Shown: piece by piece, positions 48,891-61,323 of the stretch
How positions within the stretch are numbered: position 1 is the first letter of the stretch
How the letters are laid out: each line of letters begins with the position of its first letter
Assembly: GCF_018350175.1 (NCBI RefSeq)
Contig: NC_058378.1
Span: 48,608,001-48,672,000 of the forward strand
DNA length: 64,000 nt
Source of the DNA: Felis catus
Lineage: Eukaryota
Direction of reading: 5' to 3'
Made by a program: the position numbers and the translations under genes
The notes under the pieces: model-generated
What the model saw: the letters and a program-made list of their open reading frames with translations, nothing else
Databases searched by the model: none
Told to the model about the DNA's origin: nothing

Positions 48891-50864
48891 TTGTTGGGTG
48901 ACTTGCTTCCTTCTTCAGTGCCCTCAAGGAGACTGCTGTGAGGAAGTCCCATCAGGGCAAGGAGCAGATTGATGAGGGTGTGCTCATGTCTTCCTCCAGG
49001 GGACACCAGCCATGTTAGACGATGACCATCGCATCGTTCCACAGCTCAGGGACTACTGATAAAAAGCAAGTCACTGGAAAGGGACAGTAGAGCCTGTGGC
49101 CAGTCCATCCACGGGCGCTACGGAAATCCCTTGCCCCTGGTGTCCAGGCCACTTTCTCTCCAGACAAGCCTGCAGGGCACCCCCACCACAGCCATCATGA
49201 CCTGTAGGACATGAAGCCAACAGTCCTCAGGCCTGGCTGTGTCTGTAGCCCCTGACCTGCTCTCTCTGTCTTCACTGGAGCTGGTCACCCCACAAATCAC
49301 GCTTCCTAGGCTGTGGACTCCGAAGGACCCTCTTCCCAGAGGTCAGCTGTGTTCTCACTCCATCACTGTGCTGCCTGGAGGACTGGACTTGGGGAAGGGG
49401 ACAGAGGGGGATGAGGACACTGGGCTAACAGAGACTGCCCAGGGCACTTAAATCGGTCACAGGTCCCGCGAAGCCACCTCGGATGGCCGAGTCTCTTGCT
49501 TCACTCAGACAGGCTCTCGGATCTTATTTTATAGAATCCTGTGGTCTGAAATACTCAAGAAATCTCCACAGGGCTTTCAGAGTCCTGCTCTGTGTTTCAT
49601 TCGCCCGTCCTGACAGTTCCCGTTCAAGTGAGGAGCTCTGTGTAGAGGCTGGCCGCAGCCTGGCCAGTCCCCCTGAGCTCCAAGGGATAAATCTGTCAGT
49701 AGCCTGGCAGGCCAGTGCCCCTTTCCCAAGCTTTGAGATGTGTGCACAGGGCTACGGCCTGGGAGGCTCAAAAGTCTGGGAATGTTTAATGACACCAACG
49801 TTTTCCAAAAGCATGAGAAGAGAAGTGTGCTCCAGGCTTCTCCCTTGCATCTTTAAGATAAACACTGGTTGCAGTGATCATGGTAGGGCCAATCTACATT
49901 TTCTTGGCTCTCATTCAAAGTCTGGTCTTCTATACCAGTAGGCCCAAGACAAAAGGCCCCACTTGAGACATCATTAGACTGGACCTCGGAGCTGGCATCG
50001 AGCTGGGGCCCAGGATGCAGGTGTAGGATGAGAAGGGAAGAGGCCACCGCTGATGAAACTCCTACTATGCGCTGCCTTCCCTGGTGACTCATGCTTGCCG
50101 GCTGAATCCCGTAGAAGTGCCTGAGGCACAACACGTGCCGACTTTCTCCTTGGGCACGGGGGTCCCAAGATGAGAAGAGGCTGTACCCCTGCACCTGTAT
50201 GTGTAGGGTTTGGGAGGATGGGCCCAGTGGAGGAGAGCTAGATGCACACAGACAGGCTAGGGGTGGGAAGCACTCCTCACCAGAGTCCCTAGTACCCTAG
50301 AGCATCTGGAAGTTGTTCGGAGACAGACAGTGCATTTGTCTTCTCTACTGCCTCTCCTGATGACCAGGACAAGCCACATGGAACCCCTGGTGAGCTTTAA
50401 ATAAAGCACGCTCTGACTTGCTCTTTGTCTTTCCTCCCAACCCCTGCCCTCAGCTAGAAATCATGAACACATTGATGTGAAGGACTAATCTGTGCCAGCA
50501 CAGAAATGACTGATACTCTCCCTTGGATGATCTTAAATAATATAAAATGATATTCAGAGATCCAGTCACCTGTCATCAAATAAATCTACTTCTAAAGGTA
50601 GAACGTCAGACACTGTAGCAGGCGGGCCATATGAAGATACGCCGAAATGCCAATGGTTTGAACAGGTAGCTTCCCATTCGAAGTTTAAATTGGCCCCCTT
50701 CTCCCTCCCTTACACAAGCTCACGCATATTCTCTACCTCCTTATTTTCTTGGGCGCCAGATTCCCCCAGTTAGGCTCTATTGCAGATTCTCCCATGGACG
50801 TATCGACCTTACGGCTGCCTCTGACCTTGTCTTCTCAGTGCCTGCTCTCTCTTCTCAGCTACAG

Positions 50865-51090
50865 CATGATGCCAGAGCCGTCAGCCTGGGTTCCACTTCC
50901 CAGCTGTGTGACCCGGGGCACCTTGTGTAAACTCTCTGTTCCTCAGGTTCCCCATTTGTAAAATGAGTTTGATGATGGCTTGCCTCTTAGGTTTCTCGTA
51001 AAGGTAAAATCAGATACTGGTAAAGCATGTTGAATAACGCCTGCCACATGGGATGGGGAAGCACGCAGCTGATGTTGGCTGTTGCTGACC
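50865..51090 (+). mobile_element. MIR
   Basis: CCAGCTGTGTGACCCGGGGC...CTCTCTGTTCCTCAGGTTCCCCATTTGTAAAATGAG. Confidence 0.85.
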
Positions 51091-51504
51091 TGAGGTCCAG
51101 CAATGTACGGATTAGATGATCTTGAAGATGTGTTTTCATCTGGAGCCACAGTCATGGGCTTAGAAAGACGCAGATGATCATCCAGGGGTGCTTCCAGCTG
51201 CTGGAGCAGTGTCCCCCAAACTACCTTGTGGAATATCCCTGAACCCTGGAACATTCATCCTCCATCATTTCGTACAACATGTGGGCATACCTGCCTTGAA
51301 AGGTGTTAGGTTAACAAGCCAATGTAGGAGAGAGTGCATTCTAACTTCTTCTCGAGAAAAGTCGGCAGTCAAGACACATGCTTCACTTGGTTTAAGCTAG
51401 TATTTCTAACATTTAATTTCCCTAGAATGTTCTCCGAGAAGCAACTAGTACTATCGTAAAGAACATCAGTTGTGTTAAAAGCAGAGATTGAAAAACACAA
51501 CGTT

Positions 51505-51930
51505 GGGGCGCCCAGATGGCTCAGGCAGTTAAGCGTCCAACTCTTGATTTTGGCTCAGGTCATGATCTCATGGTTTGTGAGCTCGAGCCCCACATCGGGC
51601 TATGCACTGAGGCTGCTTGTGATTTTTTCTCTCTCTCTTTCTCTCTCTCGCTCTCTCAAAATAAATACATAAGTACACTTTTTAAAAAAGAGAGGAAGTT
51701 GGGGCGCCTGGGTGGCACAGTCGGTTAAGCGTCCGACTTCAGCCAGGTCACGATCTCGAGGTCCGTGAGTTTGAGCCCCGCGTCAGGCTCTGGGCTGATG
51801 GCTCAGAGCCTGGAGCCTGTTTCCGATTCTGTGTCTCCCTCTCTCTCTGCCCCTCCCCCATTCATGCTCTGTCTCTCTCTGTCCCAAAAATAAATAAACG
51901 TTGAAAAAAAAATTAAAAAAGAGAGGAAGT
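51505..51930 (+). mobile_element. older carnivore SINE hosting a nested young SINE
   Basis: outer TSD AAAACACAACGTT 51492-51504 / AAAACACAATGTT 51931-51943. Confidence 0.93.
51701..51912 (+). mobile_element. young felid SINEC_Fc nested in the tail of the older SINE
   Basis: perfect TSD TTAAAAAAGAGAGGAAGT 51682-51699 / 51913-51930. Confidence 0.97.
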
Positions 51931-52624
51931 AAAACACAATGTTAGGACCTTTCTTTCACATGACTAGCCAACTTACGCTTGAAGATTTTCAGGGCCGTGG
52001 GACCCCCAGGATGCCATCCACAGAAGGACAATTCTTCATGTTAAGCAGGCTCTCTGCAGTCTCCTCCTCTTGGTGATGCTAAAGCTTCATAAAGATCCCC
52101 ACAAAAGATGCTCTCTCTCCCTTCTACCGTCATGCAGTTGTCACACCCTGACCAAAACAAGATTATAAATAGACTTTCAGCATCTTGCCCTTGGATCTCC
52201 AATTGCAGGCGTGGTTTATTAGTTGGTTGGTGCAGTTTGTTGATTTGTCACTCAGAACTCACTGGACATGATTTTTAGCCTCCTTTACCGTTCCGGTCAC
52301 TCTCCTCACAGCACGTTCCAATTTAGCTAGGTCCCCCAAGTGTGAGATTTGAACTATCGTCTTCTCTGTCCTAAACACCATGATTTTGTTAATCCAATTT
52401 TGAGAACACAACTGCCCCTGAAACACCAGTGCCACAGCTGGTAGAACACATAATATGGTCAAACTGAGCTCTCTACGGTCACATAAACCCCAAGTGACAG
52501 GGAAGGTTGCTACGCTGGCCCTTCCCCAACTCTTGGTTGTTTTTTTTTATAAATGGGCATGCCACCAGTCCATGGCTTTGGGTTAAGTTCCACTTTCATC
52601 CAATGTGTAGTGTAACTAACTGAC

Positions 52625-52880
52625 AAAATCAGAAAAATGAAACCAAAGAGTTGCATAAATCTGCTCCCATTTGTGGATAAAATAGAGATGTACATATACA
52701 CACATACACATATGCATTGCCATCTTTGTATGTGCACATACATAAAAATTTTTGGAAGGATACACAAGAAACTATTAATAATTGCTGCCTCAAGCCAAAT
52801 GATTAGAGGATCTGGAATGAGATGTTGAATGCCTTTAATATTGTTTGAGTATTACCATGTATAGCTATTTCTTCTTTGGT
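52625..52880 (+). mobile_element. L1ME-type 3' end remnant
   Basis: TTTTGGAAGGATACACAAGAAACTATTAATAATTGCTGCCTC. Confidence 0.65.
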
Positions 52881-53033
52881 AAAAAAGGAACTAACTGGGT
52901 AGAAATACTCCGTTTCCCCAGAGTCAATCCATCAATCTTGCCCATAAACTGCTTCTTTCCCACAAACAAACTTGATGAACTTGACTTCTCAACCTTCATC
53001 CGACATATTTTTTACGTTTAAAATGAAAGACAT

Positions 53034-53244
53034 GGGTGCCTGGGTGGCTCAGTCAGTTGAGTGTCTGGCTCTTGATTTTAGCTCAAGTCATGATCTCAGA
53101 GTCATGGGATCAAGCCCCATGCCAGGTTCTGTGCTGAGCTCACAGCCTGCTTAAGATTCTCTTTGTCTCTCTCTGTCTCTCTCTCTCTCTCCCTTTACCC
53201 CTCTCCCCCGCACATGCTCTCTCCCTTTCTAAAATATAAATAAA
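53034..53244 (+). mobile_element. older pan-carnivore SINE
   Basis: GGGTGCCTGGGTGGCTCAGTCAGTTGAG...GTCATGGGATCAAGCCCC...GCCTGCTTAAGATTCTC. Confidence 0.93.
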
Positions 53245-53295
53245 GGAAGGAAGGAAGGAAGGAAGGAAGGAAGGAAGGAAGGAAGGAAGGAAGGA
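53245..53295 (+). repeat. (GGAA)12 microsatellite in the SINE tail
   Basis: direct reading. Confidence 0.97.
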
Positions 53296-55199
53296 CAAAG
53301 AGAGAGCCAGGGGCACACTCCATTAAGAGCATCTCTCAACAGCAGCATCCTACAGAACCTGCATTAGAATATCCTTCTAGCTTGGTTTCTCCTAAAAGCT
53401 CTTTCATACAGACTACACTCTGTGTCTTTCTCTTGAGAAAGACTCCTCTCTTCAAGACTGAAAACTGCAGCAAGAATTCAGGATGGAAGTGAGAGTGTGA
53501 ATGTCACGTACATGCAGATGGCTGGGGGAGGTCTCAAGCGTGCACCGCAGAGAAACATGCCTTCTCCATATGTCCTGTGCTGACTGCACACAGAACCTCA
53601 CGGAGACGGTGATGCACTGAGCAGACTACTTTATTTTCTGAGGTCACTCGGGATCTGTTCAGTCCGGGAAAGCTTAAAGAATGACTCCAACCAGAGGTCT
53701 CTTGGGTTGGAAAACGTCCTCTGTTACTTGCCCAAGCCAACAGACGCTATGGTCACGAGGGAGGAACATTCGAGAAGGGGTCCTAATGATGTTTCCCACA
53801 GACCCTGCGGTGGGGATGCTGGGGTGCAGCTCTCAGGGGTACGTGAGATGGCTGAGCAAGGCCAGGGCAGAGTGGAGCTTACAACGTCAAGCTTTCCTCT
53901 CCACCTTGTCCACACGTTCCCACACTGCCCCGGATCCTATAATATATTCATCCTCCTATGCTCAGCGAGTGGCATTGAGCCCAATGGCCCCATGTCCATG
54001 AGCACTGAGGGAATCAGTGTGTTCTCTTCTGTGGATCACTCTATATTCTCTCTGCCTTGGAGATGATCCACAACTGGCTCCCAAATCCAGCCCCATTAGG
54101 CTCATCCATTCCACAGCTTCGATGTAATAATCTCCAAGGGAACTCCCCGGAGATAGGCTTGCTATGCATTCACTCCTAATTACCCTCCGCATCACAGGAC
54201 ATATTATCCAGGGTAACATGAAATCCTGCACTGGAAACACTCATCACTTGGACAAAATTTATACAAAATATTGCTCTCACTGTGGTGTTATTTGAAAGTG
54301 GAGGGCGACTTGCTAGAATTTAGTGAGAGGAAAGCTATATATAACTCGTTTGGATGGAGTTAACCTCTGTATGGACTTCCTTGGGGACCCGCTGCGTTTA
54401 TCACACACCGAAACTATTAATGCCACGGCAGATTGCTGTAATATAACGCACACGTGCTGTCATCATCTTGCAATAAGGCAAAACCAAGACATTCACTTGG
54501 GCCCTTCATTTTGACAGTTCCAGCTCAGTGCCCCTGAACTTGCCGTGCAAATCCACATATTATTTCTTGACTTTGATTCACATTTGCAGCTACATGAGGC
54601 CAAACATCCATGAGAAAACTGAAAAGCTCCATTAAAAATCTTGCTTTTTAAATATCCAGATGTTTAACTTTGCCTAGCAAACACATCTAGAATATTTCCT
54701 GCCTCGTTTCTCAGTGTTTAACCTGTGTTTGGAAGTCCATAGACCTTTTTAAGACATCTGGCCAAAACTCAGGCCTGAGGCTTAAACTTGAAAATGGCCG
54801 ATAAACAACTCCAAGGTATGTGGAGTTGCTCCTTCCTTTCCCAGGCCACTCAGAGCATTTGCCACGAGCCCAGTAACAAACGGGACACAGCTGTCTGGAC
54901 GGTTGGAGCCATCCAGGGACATGGAGGTCAGGCTCACCGTGAGGTCTCAGCAACAACCTGTCTGACGCGTATTGAATACTGTGTGGCAAAGTCTTGCTCT
55001 CGGATGGTTTTTAATGTCAATCCTGTGTCTCACAAAGAGAAGGACATGTCAGAAGATTCCAGGAGGTCAGAGCTGGCCAGCTGGTCAGTCTAACGCCAAC
55101 AATGAAAATGCAAGTGCTGCTTTCAAATTCTGTTTCTATGATGGGAACTCCTTCCCCAGGAAGTCCCCAAGGGAGTCCCCCAGGAATCCCTTTCCTACG

Positions 55200-55510
55200 A
55201 GGTCTTACCTATCCAAGCCTCAGTCTCCCCATCTGTAAAATGGGGAGACATTTTCCTAGGATTTTTTAGGAATTCTGTATGACCACTTACGTAAGGGGCT
55301 CAGCCTTGCACATGGTAAGCCCTCAATAAATACACCATCGGCATTCTGTATGGGCCCACACAGACCAAAGATTTCAAAGTCAGACTGGGTCTCTGGCTCG
55401 AGCAAGTTAGGAGCTCACCACATAGGACAGTAAGATCAAATGAGTTAGTCACGTAAAGCACCTTGAGTAATGCTCGGCACCTAGAAAATAATTGATAAAT
55501 GTTAGCCATC
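55200..55510 (+). mobile_element. two MIR fragments in tandem
   Basis: GCCTCAGTCTCCCCATCTGTAAAATGGGG...CTCAATAAAT; AAATGAGTTAGTCACGTAAAGCACC...GATAAATGTTAGC. Confidence 0.75.
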
Positions 55511-56171
55511 GGGCTTGTTGTCCTCTCCAGGGAAGCCCCGCTCTCTCTCCTTTGCCATGGCCCCCCAAGAGAGATGTTAGTCTCACATACTGAGCACTTC
55601 GGAGATGACATCATTTGGCTGTTTCTCGTTTCTTGGGTGTGGTTTTTCACTTTGGGGAAACCTTACCCTTTGTCTTTCCAGTAAGTGCCCCCATATATGT
55701 GAAGGACTGTTTGAGTGGTGATGGACTATTACCTGGGGCCATACATCCTTTGAGACCCCCCCTCCCCTGCCCCACACGCCCTCAGGGCTGAAGTGGACTC
55801 CCACTGTGAACAACCAGCCCAGACCAGGAGGATTTCCAGCCCCCACCCCCCACCACCATGGCCACTGGGGGAAACCAGGGAGCTCAGGGCAGCTGCTGGA
55901 GGGTAAGGGGAAAGGCCAGGTTCGGGGCAGGTTCTGGGTTTGTTGCCCGCTCTCTCCTCTCTGGCCTGATGCCCAGGGCAAACCTGCTTCACTGTGGAGG
56001 GACCGTTCTGAGGCTCTGTTCTCACTGCCCAGAAGGGCTGACGGGTGAGAAGATGGCCTCAGAGTGCCTGTAAACTGTGAACACACCTGATCTGTCCCCC
56101 AGCCTTTTTACTCCTGTCTCTCCGTTTTGGGGGTAGTAAGTGATTTACTGGTTAAGATAGAAACAATTTCC

Positions 56172-56393
56172 GGGGCGCCGGGGTGGCTCAGTCGGTTGAG
56201 CATCCGACTTCGGCTCAGGTCACGATCTCACGGTTTGTGGGTTCGAGCCCCGTATGGGACTCTGTGCTGACAGCTCAGAGCCTGGAGCCCGCTTCAGATT
56301 CTGTGTCTCCCTCTCTCTCTGCCCTTCCACCTCTCACACTCTCTCTCTCAAAAACAAATAAACATTAAAAAATATATTTAAAAAAAAAAAAGA
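56172..56393 (+). mobile_element. felid-type SINEC
   Basis: TSD AGAAACAATTTCC 56159-56171 / AGAAACGATTTCC 56394-56406. Confidence 0.96.
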
Positions 56394-58879
56394 AGAAACG
56401 ATTTCCTGAGTTAGGGAAAACAGCCTTAATGGCTTTCACTAATTGACATATGATTACATATCCACGTGGCATCCGGGTCACCTTGCCATGCTCTGCAACT
56501 GGTCAGGACTCAGGGAACAGAGGCCCATGAGGAGCCAGCCAACTACCAGCTCAGAGGAGGCCGTGTGCCCACAGGAGCAGAAGACGCTGCTGGGTCACTG
56601 GGGCGATGCCCTAATTTCACTTGACAAATTCCTCTTCCTTCCCCTTCAAGAGGGGGAAGGAGAGCCCATGCCTCCTGCTCCCTCCAATAGGGACCACTTC
56701 TCACCTTGCCTCAGGGAGGCCCCGCCGGTTCCTGGGACATCTGCACCTTCCAGGAACCGCCTCAGCCAGACTCCGAGCTTCCTGGGTGGATCCTAGACAT
56801 CCATCACTTTCTAATCGCTGGCTTTCTCCTGCATAACCCCGCTCTTTTAGATCGAAAAGAAGAAATTAAAAAGATAACGAAGCAACTCTAGAAGCTCTGA
56901 AGCACTCATTTCAGTGGAGGGCCAGCGGGACAGAGTTGCCAGGAGGCAGCTAAGAAGGCACGGAGTCCCTGGGGTGGGGGTGGGGTGGCTGTGTGGCCCC
57001 AGCTGGGTGATGCCCAGGGCCCTCCATCATCCCCAGCGGCAGCGGAGGCGGGAGGGCCCAGCCAATATCGACCGTACCACCCGCCCCCCCCTGGCTCTCT
57101 TTCCCCTCTCTCCCCTGATCCCAGTTTTGCATCAGTCCTTAACCACCCCCACCCCCACCCCACGTCCCAGGGGCAGCATTTCTCTCTCACTTCCAACGCC
57201 TACTACCCAGACCAGACCTCATCACCTCCTCCGCATCGGTGACAGCGGCCTTTGGTTACCTCTCTGCGTGTTCTCAGAGGGTCCTCCCTAATTCAGGCCA
57301 AACACCTGAGTTGACTGAGCCCCAAGATCCCGGGGGGTGGCGGTGTCTCTGTCCACCCCCACACGCAGCCTCATCACCTGCTACCCTGACCACCAGCCCC
57401 ACGCTTCCTGCTTCACTCGTGCCGCCTCCATTCCCACGTCACCACCCACAGAATCCCTTCCCTCCCCCGGGCCTGCCCATAAGCCACCTCCTCCGTGAAG
57501 CCTACCTCACCTCCCCGCCGAGTGTGTGTCCTCCCTCCATTAGCCTATCAGGCTCCCTCTGCGGCTCACAGATCCGGTTCCAGTCTGTGTAGTGATGATT
57601 TTGGACACAGCACGCTTTCTAGGGCGGCTGACTGAAAGGCACCCGTGGGTGGAACGTGAAACGTTAGTTCTCCCGTGGGATTTGGGATACTGAGGAGAGA
57701 TCACGCTAGAAACAACCACAGCTGGCGGCACTACCAGGTGTCAGGCCCAAGTCAGCCACTTGGCCGTGACCATGGCCTGAGATCCTGTACGGGCATCTCC
57801 GTGGACACACACGTGTATACACACGGTCACCAATTGACTCAAGTGGGCCAAGAAGGCAACCGAGTCCCCGGAGGAGACCCATGCCACGTGGAAGAATGGC
57901 TACCCCTGGGGCCGGGGAGCCGGGTCCACAAACTATTGGTGGACTTGGGCCAGCAGACCCTGTGGTTCTACCAACAGCCCCAGGCCTGCCTCAACTGGGC
58001 CCTGTGCTCGGCTGTATGGGGGCTCTGAGGGCCACGTGGCCTCAGCCTGGAAGGCTGTCTGGCCACTGTCTGTCAGTCTGTTATGTGTCTTTACTGGGGA
58101 TGCACAGCCCTATTCATTAGAAAGCTATTTGGAGTTATATTGGGGAGGGGGGTGCAGAAGAAAACCAAAAAGAACCATATTTCCATAGGATGCCACTTCT
58201 CATCAAGTAGCTTATCCCAAAAGTCCTCCCCAAATCTTTGCTAATGCAAAAGCCTACAGCTCATCAAGGTCACGGAAGCCCTGAACTTCCTCTTGGTCCC
58301 GGACAACAGCAGGGGATGGTAAGCGTCTTGTCCAGCTATGGTTTCCCCTACACCTAGGCCATGGATGTCACAATTCTTGGTTAAATGAGCCTAGAGCTGG
58401 TGACAGCTTCCAGACATCTTGTGACAGATAACTCTGATGAAGGCGAGTCCTTCCCCCGGGTTTCTGTGGTCCTTTCACCGACCCTGTCTTTCTTTCTGAT
58501 GGACAATATCCTCTGCTCTTCTCTTGCTTACATCCAGATCAGAGAGAGAAATCTCCAGTCTTGTTTCGCTGGTCCTGGTCTGGTCAGCGCTGACCTTACA
58601 GGAAGTTCACGTGGAGGGCTCTGACCCTCCTCAAGGAGAGGAAGCAAAGAGGGCCAGAGGGAGAAGCCAGAGGGCAGGCCTGATGGACAAGCCTGGGAGG
58701 AGAATCTGGGGGAGGTGGGATGGAGCCTTGGAGATCTCCAGAAAGTAACTAGAAAACAGTCTGTGGCATCCCATCCTCCTCCTCCTCTTATTCCCTTTTT
58801 GCTTTTCCTGGAAAGAGCACTTAGCTGTCAGTTCCCTCTCGTTCTCCTCACTGCCTCCCTGACTTCTTCCAGAGTCATC

Positions 58880-59085
58880 CCCAGGCGCACCTTCTCCAGG
58901 CAGCCTTCTCTGAGTTTGCCTTATCTGTATCGGGGCTTCTCCGCCATGGAGTGTCGGTGATGCTGTTCAGTGTTTATCAGCTCCCAGTTCCCTTGCCCAG
59001 GGGACTGTGAGCCCGCCGATGCCGGTCATCTCTGTGTCTCCAGTGCCCAGAGCTCTGCCTGGCTCAAGTGAGCCTCTGCAGAGGG
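58880..59085 (+). mobile_element. L2 3' fragment
   Basis: CTTCTCCAGGCAGCCTTCTCTG...GACTGTGAGC...CATCTCTGTGTCTCCAGTGCCCAG...GCCTGGC. Confidence 0.6.
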
Positions 59086-59269
59086 CTAACTATCGTACAT
59101 CTCGTGTCTGTCTCCAGCTCCCTTTCACCCCTCCAGCACCATTGCCCTAGCTCACACTCATGTCATCTCCTGTCCAGGCAGCTCCCGTGGTCATCCACTC
59201 CCCCCCAACTCTTCTCTCCGCCTCCAGCCAGCCAGTTCATGCTTACCTGTCACCAAAGGGGCATCTCAA

Positions 59270-59400
59270 AAGAAGCAGAAAGACCTGGATTCAAATCCCA
59301 GCCCTACCACTCTCTAGCCGTGTGACCTCGATTAAGTATTTGAATATTTCTAAAACTCATGTCCCCTGTGTCCATAGTGATGCTAAGACATTTTCGATGA
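59270..59400 (+). mobile_element. MIR fragment
   Basis: AGACCTGGATTCAAATCCCAGCCCTACCACTCTCTAGCCGTGTGACCTCG. Confidence 0.75.
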
Positions 59401-61323
59401 CAAAAGTAGGACCGGCCATGAGTTAGAAGACCCCAGGTATTGAGTCCTCCTCTCCATCACATGGAAAGTTAAATAAGACAGTAAGGCCCGCTCTCCTGTC
59501 TCAGAAAGAAGTAGAACAGAGCAACCCAGAGCCGCGTGCACCTGGTTTCTCCTCTGCTAGATGGCAGGTGTTTCAGGGACAGAAACACTACAACTTTCCT
59601 TTCCCAGAGACCCACCACAGTCCACGGCTTATAGGAGTCATGGGGTTGGCATTTATAGATTAACCACAGGGGTTCTCTTTTGTGTTTTGGATCAACCCGC
59701 ATCATGCCTCTGCTTTGTGTGGTTTTCCCTTCTGATTACCACCTTCAGTACACCCTCCAGCCCCCACTCCTGGCACAGAGACACTGCCTCACGGGGATCA
59801 GAGATCAGGGAGAGGTGCCCCAGCAGCCAGCCCTCTGCTAGCACACAGCGGGCGCTCACGTACCGCGAGGGCTGTGGAGACGCTTTCGCACGCATCCTTA
59901 ACTGAGCAGCTGCTGTGATGAGGGAGGTTCCCTAAGAGGTTAACTGTTAGGGGGGACCCGTGAGCATGTGGGGCGAAGGTGGAAGACTAGAAGGAGAAGT
60001 GCAAAGAAGCAGAAAATTGGGTGAGGCAACGCCATGGTGAAGGAAACACAATGGGGGGCAACCCTGGGGGAGTGTAAAATGAAGGACAAGTTAGAAGATT
60101 CTCGGGGGTTAGGAACGGTCTCCCATCTGAGCCCCAGAAGCTGAGGGGAAGAAGAAAGAGATGGGAGCACGTGGCCCATGCAGAACTAAACCAGGCTAAG
60201 GCTCAGCCTCTAAGCAGGACTTCCTGCTCTGCTGGGCTTTGTCCTCGGCCTCTCTCCCAGGTCCCAGGGAAAGACTCCTCCATTGCTTCCCCAACTCTAA
60301 GCTAGCTGTGGACTCAGAGGCCAGACACTGGTAAGTAATTACCTACCCCTAAGCTTACCTTGGTCCCTGCTATATGGGAGACATTGTCCTAAGTCCTTTA
60401 CAAGGCCTTTGAGGCAGAGCCCATCAGTGTCCCCATCTCACAGGTGAGGTCACACTGTGAGTGAAAGTCCCAATATCCGCCTGAGGTGGGCGGATTCCAG
60501 AATTATGAGTTTGTCTCTGCACTATACTGACCTCCCCAAGTCTGGAAGCCTCCCCTGTGTCCTGGTCCCCATTCTCACCCTTGACCCATTGATTTGTCTG
60601 GGACTTCAGTTTGCCACTTCCAGAGCAGAACTGACTCAGACCCACTAGTAAAATCCTTCCCAAAAGGGACAGAAGATCAGGTCACATCTAACCCCCACCT
60701 CTGCCTCTCTCATGGGCTGTGTGGCCACCCAACACTCAGGGTTTGGACTCCAGGATCCCAACGAGTACAGGTGGGTAATCATGCTCTCTTTCCAAGTTCT
60801 TTGGAGGGAAGGGAGGCTCAGGAACATCATTCTGCTTCATTGAAAATCTAGGCCTGACTCCTAAAGCCAGAGGAATATCAACCTTGGGGGTAGCTCACCT
60901 AAAACTGGGCACCCTAAGAAAGCAAGATGGAAGGTGGAATGGAAATTGGCTACTGAATTTTCCCCAAGTTTGGCCCCATTTCTAGGCAGCAACTTTATCC
61001 CCCAGCTTTGCAGGGGATCCCCGGGCCCTAAAACCCCCATGGTCAAATGGCAGTTGCTAGGTGTGGGGGTGCCTCTCTGGACAGTATGGGGCCCACGGGG
61101 GACCCATGCAGAGGCACATGGGACTGAGTTCAGAGTAAATGGAAGTAAGAAGCATGACCTACAACCTTCTTTTTTTTCCTGGAATAATACACTTGAAATA
61201 TATTTTATTTTGTCCTTTTCATCAAAACCTCTTGACTTCCTCATCTTTCTAATTATTACTCTCTGGATTATTCCCCTACCATTTCCACCTTTCCTTGGTC
61301 TTGGTTGTTGTTGTTGTTGTTGT

